Assembly: GCA_010909165.1 (NCBI GenBank)
Contig: MU008214.1
Location: forward strand, 124,001-188,000
Reading direction: 5' to 3'
Length of the DNA stretch: 64,000 bases
DNA from: Anthoceros angustus
Lineage: Eukaryota > Plantae > Anthocerotophyta
Shown here: in pieces, positions 12,550-26,000 of the stretch
How the letters are laid out: every line of letters starts with the position of its first letter
How positions within the stretch are numbered: the stretch's first letter is position 1
Notes under the pieces: generated by a model
Told to the model about the DNA's origin: nothing
What the model saw: the letters and a program-made list of their open reading frames with translations, nothing else
Databases searched by the model: none
Program-made: the position numbers and the translations under genes

Positions 12550-15500
12550 ATGATGCGAGGCGTTGTAAGAACTTTGAGCACGCCTCCACGCTAATTTGGA
12601 GGATGGAGTCGCCGAGCGATCACGATCTTCCGGATCGCCGAGAGGGCATGCCCAAGGTATGGTCGCATATAATTCGTCCACGATTGGGAAGCTCAAGCAG
12701 CCTTCTTGAATCGGTTCGAGGGCTCACTATGCACACCACACTTTAGCAAAGTTGAGACCCTTCAAGGAAGAAACGAGAATCTTGTTCGATTATGTGGAGA
12801 GGTTTTATGGATATCCGGATCGAGTTCAAATGTGCACCCGAGAGGCCGAGATCCACCCACTGGTACTCACAAGAGCAAGCGTTGGATTGGTTTGTGAGTG
12901 GCTTGTCTCGAAAATGGAGGTACACTGCAGCGGGACGAAGACGTTAAGGGGCCTCCGCTTAGCCGAGGAATGGGAGTCCGCCGATGGGAGAGGAGGAAGA
13001 AGAGGCGAAGTCATAAGAAGAGGAAAGGAACGGAGATCTAGCTCGCCTTCCTCACCTCAGCTCCGCCTTCCTCATCGAAGTGAGGACAGGGAACTCAAGA
13101 AAGCTCCACATCGGATGAGGAATCGGAGAAGGCCTACGAACGACGAATGAAAGAAGGACCCGAGAAGGTCAAACGACAAGAGGAGGCGGAACGCGATTGG
13201 AGAAGGAGAGGAAGGAAGACGGTCCGTCGGATGGAGAAGGGAGAAACGTCTGGGAGGAGGGATTGCCGGACAAGTGGAGGCTTTGACCAATTGACCGAGT
13301 TAGAGGTCAAGGCGTGAAGAATCAAGCTCCACGAAGATCTCCTCACCAAGGCGCTTGGTGTATTGCTCTCATCAAACGGGACACACCAACCGAGAATGTA
13401 TTCGCGCACCACGACATGCGTAAATCATGTGGAAACCGCCATGCCGGAGATTATTGGTATGTGGACAGCTACCAGCGTCACCGAAGCCCACCACCAATCA
13501 ATGAGGGCGACTTACCAACCGACACACCAGCCCCTCAAGGTATGGTCATCCGACATCGCCAGACCATGGAGACCGATCCATACCCGATGGCATTCCAGGG
13601 TGTTACAAATGGAGCCCGTCACTACTCAACGAATGCCCGTAACCACGAAGTGGGTAGGTTATGTACCCTTTGTGTATGTAAGGAATTGGGACATAAAATG
13701 GGGACCCCTGCACGGGTGACGCGAGTGACACCAGCGACCAGAGTCGTTTACGAGCGCATGAAGAGGCACGACCCAACAAACCGCACTCGTGACCACAACA
13801 CCGTGTTGAAGGTGGAGGCGAGTATGATTCCTCAAGGATCTCAGACGTGATCGTGGAGGAAGGGTATGAGGAGAGATGCGGATGAAGGTTGATGGTGTGG
13901 TGACCACATCAAAGAAAGGACCGGGAAAACGGCAAGATGAGGAAAGGAAGGAGGAAGGTGAGGGATGACTCACCTGGCCTCCGGAGACGCGTGCGCACAA
14001 GAGGAGCAGAACAAGACCGGAGAGGCAGACTACCCGTCCGGCACCACTAGACCGATCACTCCCGAGGGGCGGGACGGGAAGGACCAAAGGAGGGGAGGAA
14101 CGAACGCTTTCCTCCCGACATCGAGAAGTAGCGGCAATGCCGGAAGATGAATTAAACAGCTCACCCGACACGGAAAGCGGGGTCGCAGAGGAATTGTGAT
14201 CCACGGTATGGGTCCCACCGATAGGAGGATCATGGAATCGAAGCTTTACCAATAAGGTCGGAGTCGATCAGGCTGGCTGCAAGCGGGAGGAAACTTGTCG
14301 ATAAAATCTCCCCACGACGATTACTTGACCGCGAATTTGTGGTCAGAGATGCTTGCTTGCGGTGAGTCCGAGATCCCGCAAAATTGTGAAGGAGGCGATG
14401 GGAATCAAGCAGTAGGAGGGAGAAAGCGGCATGGAGGTAAATGTGGTCGAACTCATTGATTTGGGGCACCCGAGATTGAGGTTGAAATTGCGGGTGTTTG
14501 GTGCCCGTGCCATTAGATTCGGATCGAGTCAACTTGATGACGGAGGAGACGGCTCATCAACTCGGGTTCACCGAGTTTCACCCGCCCGAGTACGGATGGC
14601 CGACTGCATAAGGAGAAAGCCACCGGGGTGTCAAGGACGCCCACTGAATTGGGGACTCACCTTCCATCTTACCTACATTGTGATGCGCTGCCGGATCTTT
14701 AGGCTATAAGGTTTTGATAGGTAGGCCTTGGTTGTATGGTACGCGGTGTTTTTGATTTTGGTCGAGTGGCATCACCTTCAAGTCCAAGAGATACGGACCG
14801 CGGCGATTGCTTTTGTGTCATGGAGTAAGGCTCCTTATGAGGGGAGTCCGCAACCCACCGACGGGTACACCCTGTAGCACGGGGTAAGCTCCTGCAAAAG
14901 GATCGAGCGGGGTCCTCACGAGGTCAAATAAAGAGTGATTTGGTGTATACTGCTTACATATAGAGGAAGTCAGAAGAGTCCGAGGATGAGGCCCATAGAG
15001 AAGGAGTAGCCTTTTGGAAGGGCAAAGCTTATGAGCGAGACTTTCCTAAGAGGGATCCGAACCAAGATAGTCCAGGAACATATGTAGATCCCGCGGGAGA
15101 AGACTTAGAGTTAGAACCTAGCAAGGTAGTCAAGATTTCTAAGTATCTAGGCGATAGAAAAGAAGAGTGAGGGTCCTTAGAGAATATGTCGATGTGTTTG
15201 CCTTCAAGATTACGACATGACAGATACCGAAGAACTGGGAATACATCGAATTGAGAAGGAGGGCAAGACGGAGGATCAAGCAACAGCTGAATCCCAAGTA
15301 TTCCATGGTTGTTAAGGATCACGACCAATACTTGGAGGTGGGTGATTTATCCTGCTCACCGGAGTGGGTCGCCCATCGTAATTGTACCAAAGAAGCAGCA
15401 GGAAAGGTTCGGTCAAGATTTCGAAACTCAATGGCAACGAAGAAGGATCATCACCACCTTTCATGGACAGGTGTTGGACATGGCTGACATGATGTACAGC

Positions 15501-18180
15501 TTGGATGGGTATTCTGGTACAATCAAAGCTGGAAGGAGGATCGTGACAAGACAACGCTCACGACGATTGGGGAACTTACGCTATTCAAGCTCCCTTCGGT
15601 TGTGTAACGCCCCGCCACTTTCAACGGGTGAACGCGATATTCCGAGATTTCGAAAGTTCATGGAGGTATTCCTAGATGATTTCGTATTTGGGAGAAGGAA
15701 CCGCATCTAGACCATTTGAGGCAATGTTTCAGAGATGCAGAGTCGAACATGAAACTTCATCCGTGGAAGTGTTATTTTGGCATGACGGAGGGGCATTCTA
15801 TTAGCACATCGAGTTTCAGACGAGGATTGCGGTAGATAAGGAGAAGGTAGCTATAGTCGAGATGGACGACCTGCAGCAAGTGCGAGCTTTTGTAGGGCTA
15901 GTGGGTATTACAGAGGTTCATCAAGGATTTCGCCAAGAAGGCAGCCTTGTTGACACAATTGACCAAAAGGATACACCTTCGAATGGACGCGCGAAGAGGC
16001 TTTTCAGCTTGAAGGATGCTGAGCGCACCAACGCAACCGGATTGGGGAAGCCGCATGTATACGTGATGTGTCCGCCATTGGGACCGCCTTAAGTCGGATG
16101 AGAAGAAACGGATCATCCGATTTTCTATGCGTAGACATGCACGGATGCGAAAAGAACTACTCAACCACGGAGCGGGAGGGTCTTGGTATCATTTACTCGT
16201 AAGAAGTTTAGACTATCCGCTTGCAAGGTTACGCTTCATGTTGACCATTTTATGCTTGAAGTATCTTGTCAACAAGCCGATTTGTCGAAGGATCCGTGGG
16301 TATTATCGCTGCAAGAGTTTGACTATGACGAAACCAGGCCAGAAAGCAACATCGCTGATTTCATTTCTCCGAAACCGGAGAGCGACTTGACAGATGATCG
16401 ATTTCGACGAGGAGTTGGTTACCATGACCCAAGTCGAAGGAGGTGAGCATGTTGTCGACGGCCTAAGAATTGATCAGTCTTGTTGCGCAGAGAGGCCAAA
16501 TGAGCAAGAAGGGAGCGTGTGAAAAGCCGCAGCAGGACAACTGGAATCCGAGAGATAGAGGGCGCCATGGGCGCAAGGAGGAGGCTGAAATGCTCCTCAA
16601 GGGTGAGCAGTGAGGGCTGCAAGTGGAGGCCACGAGTTGGCAAGGAAGAAGCAAACCCACATGACAAGCTTGAAGAAGGACTTGGCAGAGGAAGTGCGCC
16701 ATGAGGCCGCGAGGAGAGGCCCCTAGGGAGGTGCGCCAGAGGCGAAGAAGGAGATCCCATGACAAGTTTGAAGAAAGAAGGGAGTTGATCGGCAATCCTC
16801 AAAATCACCATGGAGGTGCAACAAGTCGAGGAGGTCGCCATGGAGCACGATGGACCTGACGCAAGTTCCGATGACGAAATCAACTTAATGAAGGAAGAAC
16901 ATGCACACGTGTTGAGGAACGTGGATGGCGAGCGGCCGGGATGGATACACGCCATCGGAGCCAACGAACGCCCCTAGGAGGAGGAGACGTACAGGAAGGA
17001 GAAGATTAGAAGCGAGCGTTCATGCCCGAGGTATTTGTTGATGTGAAGTACGAAATTCTCGGAGCATGGATCATGCCGATGGGTTGTGGAAGGCGGGCGT
17101 CTTTCCATAAAGCCGCACCCTCATCGGAAGGTGTCCGCATAAACAAGGTCCGGACGAAAGATCCGGTGTCTCGCTAAGGAGGCTTCACTGCCACGAGGCG
17201 CATGTAAGAGGCAGGTGGACACTATTGCAGACCGTTAAGAAGATTTTGAATGCCGGGTTTTGGTGGGCTACGATGCAAAAGGATGTGTGGGAGTTCACCC
17301 GAGTGTGGCGTCGAGGGTTGGGCGGCCACGTTGTACACAATGGCCTCTTACCTACATCGCCGCTAGCACCTTCGAGAAGTGGGGAATCGATTTCAGACCG
17401 ATCAAACCACCAACGCAATGGACGAGAAGCAGACATTTTGGTGGCTACGGATTATTGTACAAAGATGGTGGAAGTCAAGCAACAAGGAAGGACGACGCCG
17501 CAGAGCCAAGTTTTTATTCGAGAACATCATAACCAGGTATGGATGTCCTTTAGAGTTGGTCACGACGGGGACACATTTCCTCAACTCGGTCGTTGAGTCC
17601 CTAACCACCTACTTCAACATTCGCATCGAAGACGACTACAACCCCAAAGGCAATGGATTAACGGAGAAGACGAATGGGTTCTCGCACAATCCTCACCAAG
17701 GTATCGTGACACATGTATGATTGGGATGCTAAGTTGCATTCGCATTGTGGGCTACAGGATCATGGAGAAGGTAACCACCAAAAAGACACCTTTATTATCT
17801 AACATATGGCATGTCACCCGTGATGCCCGTGGAATTTGAAGTACCTACCCGTAATCATGGAGGATGAACGATGATCAGAGAGGATAGTCGTAGTTAGACT
17901 AGAATCATTCATAGAGCAGAAGAACGAGGATGCTTTAGAAGAAACACAATGGATTCGTGAACTCGTAAAAGAGGCATGATGGGAAGTTGAGGAAGCAAGA
18001 GGCTATCGTGGACGGGATTTTGGTTCTTCTATATGATAGTCGGTACCTAGACTTTCCAGGAAGCTTAGGCTAAGATGGATGGGACCTACGAGGTGGTCGC
18101 AGATACGAGAATGGATCCGGTAACTGCACGGCAATTACAGTGAGTCAATGGGTGGAAGGTCAAGAAGTACCTCACCCGAG
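12550..18180 (+). pseudogene. Gypsy gag-pol, heavily frameshifted
   Basis: gag LFDYVERF (about 12780); protease LDS..RVNL (about 14515); RT LDGYSG, FGLCNAP, FMEVFLDDF (15500-15690); RNase H NYSTTEREG, LKYLVNKP (16150-16290); integrase GFWWATMQKDV, FEKWGIDF, IITRYGCPLELV, NPKGNGLTEKTN; PGKLRLRWMGP near 18060. Confidence 0.9.
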
Positions 18181-18201
18181 TACTGTTGTTAGGACGCAAA
18201 C

Positions 18202-18215
18202 AGTGAGGTGGGGAG
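18202..18215 (+). promoter_or_regulatory. Polypurine tract
   Basis: AGTGAGGTGGGGAG directly before the 3' LTR start TGTGAAC. Confidence 0.75.
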
Positions 18216-18217
18216 TA

Positions 18218-21200
18218 TGTGAACTAAAAGTTTGGGCAACCAGCCCAAAAGAGCCAAGACAACAAGTTTGATTTTTTTGGCTAGAACGATTGAAGAGGAG
18301 CATGCCAAGAAATTTTCTCGAGAATCTTGAAGCTGGAGTTGTAGGATATTGTTAGGAAGGCAAGAGGATATCCCAGAAGAACGGGTCGAAACGACCCCGA
18401 GCGAGTGAGGCGCAAAGGTGGTAGGTCGGTATCACCGCCGTAGGGTCGCCACACACGCCGGTAGAAGAGAAGAAGGGGCGACTACCATGGTAGGTCAATC
18501 CCAAAAGGAAATTTAGAATAGAGGGGATATCCACTATATATGCTCACCAATAGGGAATAAATATATAGAATTAGGTTAATTAATTAGGATAGCAGGAATA
18601 GGAAAATAGGTAGAATTAGGATTTTGGAATGATGAATCCAATCTAGGGTTGTGCGCCAGTGTGTGGCACATCCAAAGGGCAAAGTGCCGGCCTCCACTTC
18701 GAAGAGCCAGACGAGCCGGAGTTGGAGCGAAGCAAGGAAGGAAGCCATCGCCAGAAGGCCAAGCAAGCGGGAGGCAGCAAGGCGCCCATCGAGAAGGACC
18801 ACCCAGCGCGAGGAGAGGAAGGAGGCGAGCACCGAAGCAAGGAAGGAGCTCAGCCGCCCAACCAGGAAGAGGAAGTGTGAAGGAGAGCCAAGAAGGCGAG
18901 CACTTGGAGAGCGGGAAAATTGAGGGAAAGAGCTAGAATTGGTGGCGACCGCCTGAAGGAAGGCCACGGAGAAGGTCAAGGAAAACTGCCAGTGGCTAAC
19001 GTGTGCAGAGTGTGTGTTACCACAAGGAAGAGTGTCAAGTGTGAAATTTGAAGCTCTCAAATTGGAGAGTAATTTCCTTCCTAAAGCGCTTGGAAGGAGC
19101 CACCATGCCTCGAGGAAAGGCAAGGAAGGAGCCGCAAGGCTCTTCCTCGCGAGGAGGAAGGAAAGAAGGTGGAGCGCGCCAGGAGGGGTGAGGTCGATGC
19201 CCCAATTCACTTGCTTTGCCGCCAACCCCGAGATTTGGTTGATTTTCTAAGGAGGAGGAGAACATCCAACAGGATGGGTGTATGGCCGCCAATGGGCCTA
19301 CACCAATTTGGAATTGATTGAGGAGTGTTACATCAACCTCCATCAATCGGAAGCCCCGCCGCACACGAGAGGAATGCTAGAACGATCCTGGACCGGTATT
19401 CGATGTGTATGGAAGACCGGAGGAGGAGAGCTCGAATTGCTCTCTCGAAAGGTCGAATGGAGGAAGAGGACAGCCTCCCGACATCCCGCAGGAGTTCCTT
19501 GACATGATGGATGGAGGAGTGAAGCCCACGCCAAGAATGGCTGGAAGACCGAGAGCATCAAGGAGTCAAGTGGAGGCTCTTCGCAAAGATTGTGCTGGGG
19601 TTGGTAAAATTACCAACGCACTTTATTTCAAAGACCAACTTCCTCCAATTTTTGTGGAAGATTTCCATGGGAGCCAAGCCGATTGGGGACTTATGTATGA
19701 AGCCTACATCCACCATCGAGAAGCTCCTCAAGCCAAATTCGTGGATGAGGAAGGGCCAAGGCTGCCTTAGCACCTATTTGGTGCATTTATGGGAAACCGA
19801 GGGACTCTCACAAGCAAGGAGCTTGAAGATGCATGGCATCCCTTTGAGGTCATCCATCTCCACCGAGGTTGGAAAGGCCTTTGCCTTTGCATTGGAAGAC
19901 GGTGGGAGGTCGACTCCACAAGCTAGAAGCAAGAGGAGAAGATGCGAGGCAACAAGGTTGCCGAGTGGGAATCTTTCCCACTGTGAGCAAGCAAGGGAGA
20001 AGAGCAAGAGCGAAGAAGGGATGGTGGTCTATGAGAGAAGGACCAGTGGGGTGATGAGAGTGGGGAGTCCCCACCATCTCCTTTGTGCCTACGAGAGGCA
20101 CCCCGGCATCACCCGAGGGAGGCCCACCCAAGGGGTGGCCCACTGTGGCGGCACCACCATGGTAGGTAGACTACCACAGGGGAGCACACCATCAGGGTGC
20201 ACCCCACGCCGCCAGCAAACAGCCTACCGCGGTGGTGGAAGGGAAAGAAGCACGCGAGGCCGCGAGCGGGCGCCGAGGCCACCATCTCCGCGCTGGGTGG
20301 GAGCGGATGGAGCGAGTGAAGGGACCGGCGCCGCTGATGGCCCGAGTGAGAGCTGGAAATTTCAAGAAGAAGTGGAATTAGGACCCCTAGGAGAATTGCC
20401 GGGAGCTTGTGAAGCACTCACCGTGTGGATTTGAAGGGGCTAGGGACCTAGCAGCCCTTGTGGGCATGCCAAGAGGAAGTCTCAAGACATGGCCGGAGGA
20501 AGGTGGACCAAATGGCAATTGGAGGCCATGGAGTCCGATGAAGGCAGCCAAATTGGAAAAGGTCAGGAGAAGCTCCAACGACCTCATGGAGAGCGAAGCC
20601 TGAGGGAAGTTGTCAGTCAAGAAAGAGCCATTGGCAACAACCCAAAAGGATTCATGGAGGCAAAGGCGGAAGAGCATTTTGCCCAATTAGAGCAAGAGAA
20701 GGGCAAAACAGAGGCACTAGGAGAAGGTAGCTCCAAAGAAGGACGCAGACAGTGATGGCTACTCAAGCCATCAAAATCCGGACATGAAGAAGAGTTGAGA
20801 AGGACAGTTTGGAAGAGAAGCGCTGGAGGAAGTCAAGACCAAGAAGAAGAGGGGGGAAGGAGTTGGCAAGTGAGAAGGGGCTTGCTCAAGAATAGCGACT
20901 GGAACAAAGGAGGTCTCAGAGGAGGAGCGCCACAAGAAGGTGGTACGTAATGTGAGAAGCGGTTTTGGGCATTATGCCCTTCGTGCAAAATTGGCCAGCC
21001 AAAAGGAAGTGAGGGAGGAGAATGTAACCTCCATGAAGGTGGGAATTGACCACAAGAGATGCCTACAAAGGTAGGTGTGAAGATGGAGAGTGGCCCACGG
21101 GAGATTGATGATCTCCAAATGCATCACAACTTGGGGCTCACCTCCACAATAGATCTTGAAGGCCAACAATGAAGTCTTACTTGGCCAAGAGGAGGACATT

Positions 21201-23223
21201 GGGTCCTCATGATGATGACAAGGAGCCGCAACAAGTGCAGCCTGAGGCCTCCGATTTTGATGAGGCCATCAAATGGACTCCGAGGAACTGAGGAGTCGAG
21301 GTGAAGGAGCCACCGCGACACCGAGGGAGACGGGCAAGGAGGGGGAAAGCCCACCTCCGGGGTCACCTACCTAGAGGTGACCACCACCATGGTAGTCCGC
21401 GATCACCGCGGGGGACCACACGCCGTAGTCCGCCATCACCGGGTAGGGCAGCGGGCACGAGCTTGCTGGGGGAGTTGGGACGCGAGCCAATCAAGATGGA
21501 AAGCCGGGGGTGCAGCAGGAGGAGCACTGGGTGGTGGGAGAGACAACCCCACCGGAGGAGACTAAGGACGGGTCCCGGAGGAAGGGGAAGGGGTGAGGAA
21601 TCCCCTTATCCCGCGAGTAAGGGAGGAACCGGGACCCGAGGAGGAGTCCAACGCGAAAAGGGCGCGGAGAGATTAGGAAAATCCGATGGTGGGCGATGGG
21701 GATGAAGGGTGCTATGATAGGTATGGACAAACCAAACAAGGAAGAGCAATGAAGATCCCGACAAGAAACCTCACCGAGCGGAGGAAGGAAAGAAGGAAGA
21801 AGGAGTTAGGGGACTACCATGGTAGGTCACCACCCAGTCCGCTGACACGGGTAATAAATGACGCGACCAGGCGACGGAGATGGAGGAAGGCGCCTAGGTG
21901 CGCGGGGGGCGATTGGGAGGCAGGAATCCAGACGCCGCCGCTGGAGATGGAGGAAGGGGCAAGATTGTACTTGCCCCACACATTAGGAAGCGGACAAAGG
22001 CGGAAGGGCAAGAGCAAAAGGAGGGCGAGGGAGCCAATCCACCACAGACACGCCCACCCCAAAGATAGGTGAAGACTAGATATGGTCAATGACCATAAAT
22101 GCTAGGTAGAAGAATAGGAAGGATGTGATGTAATGACATCCTTCAAGGATGACTTAGGTGAAGTTGCTAGAATAGAATTTACCAAGAAATGCATAATAGA
22201 TTAGGTGCCGATATTAAATGGCGTAGGAAATAATAGAATATTGGAAAAGGTGACCCGCAGAGGGTCACCCAAGGGAGGTTGTGTGGAAGGCCTCCTATAA
22301 GAGGAGGAGGATTTCACAAAGTAAAGTATCATGTCTTGCGCCCACGCCACCGAGTCCTTTGCCATTACAGAGGAATTTCGTGCGGCCGTGGAGCCAACAT
22401 GCAGAGAGGAAGTCGCGTGGTCGGAGTGCTTGGTGGAGGACTTGCTCACGCAAGTGCCTAAACGAGTTGCTCTTGTGAATGGTTGCGTGAAATTGCTTTG
22501 CTTTGGGTGTGTGGCAAATGCCCGAGAACTCTCGGCTTGAGGGTAGACTACAGGAAAGACTCGGAGGTTCTCGCCCCGTGTCAAACTCATAGCAACCGCC
22601 CAAGGAAGAACTTGCTGGTGGAGGCGGACCTGTGCCAGCCGTAAGGGCGAGTCGAAACCAAGAAGCCCGAATCGAGGTTAGACTAGGAGGAAGAGGATGA
22701 GGAGATGAGAAGATGAGTAGAGGATTAGAGGTGTAGGTGTTAGTGGAAGGCCATGCAGAGCCTAAGGGACGAATCCCAACTGCAAGTAAGAGCGCTCCCC
22801 GAGTGGAGAAGTAGTCTTAGAAGTAGGGACGAAATCATGTGTGAACTGGGGTCCCCGGCGCCCGTGGTAGGCTCTTTGTCGAGGTGACTCGCAATTGTGT
22901 CGCTGTAGGTCAAGTTTGGTCTTAGAAGTAGGGACGAAATCGCGGTGAACTGGGGTCCCCGGGCGCCTGGTAGGCTCCTTGTCACCGAGGCAGGACCCGC
23001 AATTGTTTTGTGTCGCTGTCGAGGTTGGCGATTTTCAAGCAAGCAAGTGGTGCACCGTGAGAGGGGAGAGTAGTGCGCCTTGCTTGTTGAGGGCCGAGAG
23101 TTGTGCATTGGTGACCACAAGGCCTCGAACTTTCACACAAGTCTCAAGGGACGAAACCCAACGTGACGGGGCAGTGGATAAGTGCTATAGTGGGAGGACT
23201 GGGAGTGCCCGATTCTCCTACCA
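18218..23223 (+). repeat. 3' LTR (about 5.0 kb)
   Basis: Starts TGTGAACTAAAAGTTTGGGCAACC, ends TTCTCCTACCA, followed by the target duplication. Confidence 0.9.
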
Positions 23224-24850
23224 TGATATCCACACTCCATTCTCAAGGTGGCACCCTTATCTCCCTTCTAATTACCGATTTATCACCGTGGAGTCTATCT
23301 ATGCTAAGATCTTTAGCTCTAGTTTGGAGATCTTGACTACTCGTCCGAGGAGGCTAAGGTGCGTGCTCGAGGCTGCCGCTTCCGGTCCGAATACTTTGGA
23401 TCATCTTTTACCCTCCGGCTATTGTTGAAGGGCTCGACATCCCAAGAAGCACGTCATTGTTGTTTTGTTGACTTTAAGCGTGCTTTCAACTCATGCCTTG
23501 GGATAAGTTGTTTGAGACTTCAATCTCTTAAGATGCCTCCTCATTTGTGGCATCCGCTACCCTTCTCTACAAAAGGGTCTTTGCTCGAATCAAGACTCCC
23601 GTGGTTTGTCTTCCCACGGATCCCTATCCAACTTGGCGTCATGAGGCGACCTTTGTCCCCAAATCTCTTTGGGTTGTATATTGATGAGCTTGAGGAATGG
23701 CTTCCGATCCGACCACGGTGCTCGGCTATTTTCGAAAGTATTCCTATCCTCCTATGGATGATATTGTTCTTTTATCTCATTCCGGAGGCCTGCAAAAGCA
23801 ATCGGATGTTTTATCCCTTTTTGTAAAACCAAGGGTCTCTTTGTCAATCAAGACCAGACCAAGATTATGCGGTTCAACACTCGGGATTACAAGGGTGATT
23901 GCAAATTTTATTATGATGGTCGGAGGTGGAGATGGTTCGATCCTATACTTATCTCTGGTATCACTATTTTCGGTCCTAAATTTAACCGGACCTCCTCCTC
24001 CTCCTCCGCGCTACCAAGGGATGGGCTCATGCTGCGCCGTTCTTTATCTGGATGAATCTTGTGGATATCAATCTTCTAAGCACTGCTTCAACACTATGGT
24101 AATTCCCTCCGCCTTGTATGGCGCTGAAATTTGGGGGCCGGATCTTCCCTTCTTCTTGGGCGAAGGTGGAAAGGGTTCAATCTTCCTTTCTCCGCTCACA
24201 TTGCTTGCTCAACTCCATTACCCATCCTCCTTTCGAATTTGCAGCCTTTCCCCTCGAACTTGATGGCCTTTTTCGCCTCTCATCCTTTCTTTACCGCCTC
24301 CACCTCCTTGATATTGCTAATCCCATTTTGGATCCCCTTACCTCCTCCTTGCCTTTAGGTCCTCCTCGCTCTCAATACCCACCACAAGCTTCTTTTTGCC
24401 GGCTTTCTCAAGCGCCAACCGGCTTAGAAGATTCGAGTTTGAACCTTTTCTCCTCGCTTGGCCCTCCTCCTCCCAACTCCCCTTTCTCACATCCCCCAAC
24501 CACTCCATTCAGGCCCTTAAATTAAGATACCTTCGCCTCACCTGGTCCCCTCTTCCTTTTCCCCTCTCACTTCTAGACTCCGCTTTTACAAAGACGAGCT
24601 CCGAGTTAATCCTCCCTCGTAAATTTCCTACCCCGCTACCTCGCCTCTTCCTTCAAACTCCGCACACTCATAGGTCAATTGTTAGCTCCCACCACCTCCG
24701 GATTGAGACCGACCGCTGGCTCAAGCCTACCCCTCCCAAGACGATAGGATCCGCAAGCTTTGCTCCTTGGATCCCGAATCAATCACACTTCCTCTTTTTA
24801 TTGTCCCGCCTATGCCGATATTCTGGCCTCACATTTCTCTTTTGAATGTG
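23224..24850 (+). pseudogene. LINE ORF2 3' part: reverse transcriptase and C-terminal Cys/His domain
   Basis: PSNYRFITV, CFVDFKRAF, PLSPNLFGLYIDEL, xDDIVLLS, ALYGAEIWG, SSHHLRIETDRW...HFLF.CP.Y. Confidence 0.88.
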
Positions 24851-25093
24851 CCGGCCCGGCCGCAGATTTTTCTCTTCCACATTCCTAGGCTCTGGACTAT
24901 GTCTCTCGAGCTTGATTTCTTGGCAATTCTTGTTGGACTCCTTGTAGTCTTTGCCTTCTTTCGCCTCACAGTAATCGCTTCTAGTTCGACGACGTAAGTG
25001 TACTGGTTTTTAAACCTCTTTACTGATTATCTCGCCCATGATGGTTCTCCCATCCTTAGTGAACATAAATAAAGTTGTTGTTGTTCTTGTTAT

Positions 25094-26000
25094 TGGTCTA
25101 GTGTTTGGGAAAATGAATGAGTAGATTGTGGGTTCAAATCTCTTAGGCTTTTAGTAAACCAACTTTGTTGATTTTAAGAGCGCCGGATGCCCACGCCCAT
25201 GCATCTCGCTATCAATCCGGATGATATGGTTTGATAGAAAGGCTAAGTGGGCATTGACTCACATGTCTTTATTTTGACCAAAGAATAATTAAGGATTTCT
25301 AGTTTTAAACCAAAATCATGGGAAATATCTTTCAATCGTTGATCGTGAGTTTGAAATTATATATAACGATATATTAATGATGGCAAATTATAAAGGAATC
25401 AAAATGGTAAAGAGAGCTATGGCTCACTCAAGTTTCTTCCGTTTTATTAAGCTCATTGGAGGCCGCGACCATTATATTGTGGAGGTCACAGCTCCTAGGC
25501 ATGTGTTTCACTCTTGGACACCATCTTTGCGATCAACCGAGACTGTACATTGTGATTTGACATGTGAAAGATCTCATATTTTTGTTCATTCAATTTGAAA
25601 CATACATTCAAATGGTTGAGGGAATGGGTTACTTGTTTGATGAAGGCAACGATTCAAACCCGTGAAAGCCAACCGGCAGTAAAACGCCCCTCGTAAACCA
25701 AAACGGCAAAGGAATGATGCATAGAACACGATATCTTGTGAAGGGGGTGAATATTCACGAAGGGGGTTTTCCGAAAAATATCTCCGGAAGGGGGTTTGAC
25801 ATGGGTCCATGAACTCGTGGTTTTAGAGGTATGAATGAATATAAGGCAGAAAAGAAGGGTGGACATTCCTGTGAACCATTGATATGAGGTCCATTTCATG
25901 CCAGCGAAGGGTTATGGTGCAAGAGATAACCCTATTTGGGGTGCATTTAAGACCCATGTCAAGGACCATTACCGCCACCCCGCTCTTCCTCGCAACAACC
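25094..26000. repeat. Continuation of terminal module copy 1: tRNA-like A/B boxes, CTATCAA...TTGATAG hairpin, GAAGGGGGT repeats
   Basis: Homologous to 55950-56470 and 52550-52800. Confidence 0.7.

Larger units (their letters stand above)
5521..23223 (+). mobile_element. Full-length Ty3/Gypsy (non-chromovirus, Athila/Phygy-like) LTR retrotransposon, about 17.7 kb
   Basis: Two homologous LTRs, PBS, PPT, gag-PR-RT-RH-INT order, target duplication GATAT at 5516-5520 and 23225-23229. Confidence 0.93.
2646..25093 (+). mobile_element. Non-LTR retrotransposon (RTE-X-like LINE), near full length, interrupted by a Gypsy element
   Basis: (GCGGAG)n-rich 5' UTR at 2646-2875; ORF1 and ORF2 remnants; 3' end AATAAA followed by (GTT)n at about 25068-25093. 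Confidence 0.85.

Noticed and set aside
5521-23223. Dating the insertion from LTR divergence
   Set aside because: Differences are dominated by probable sequencing indels, so an estimate would be meaningless.
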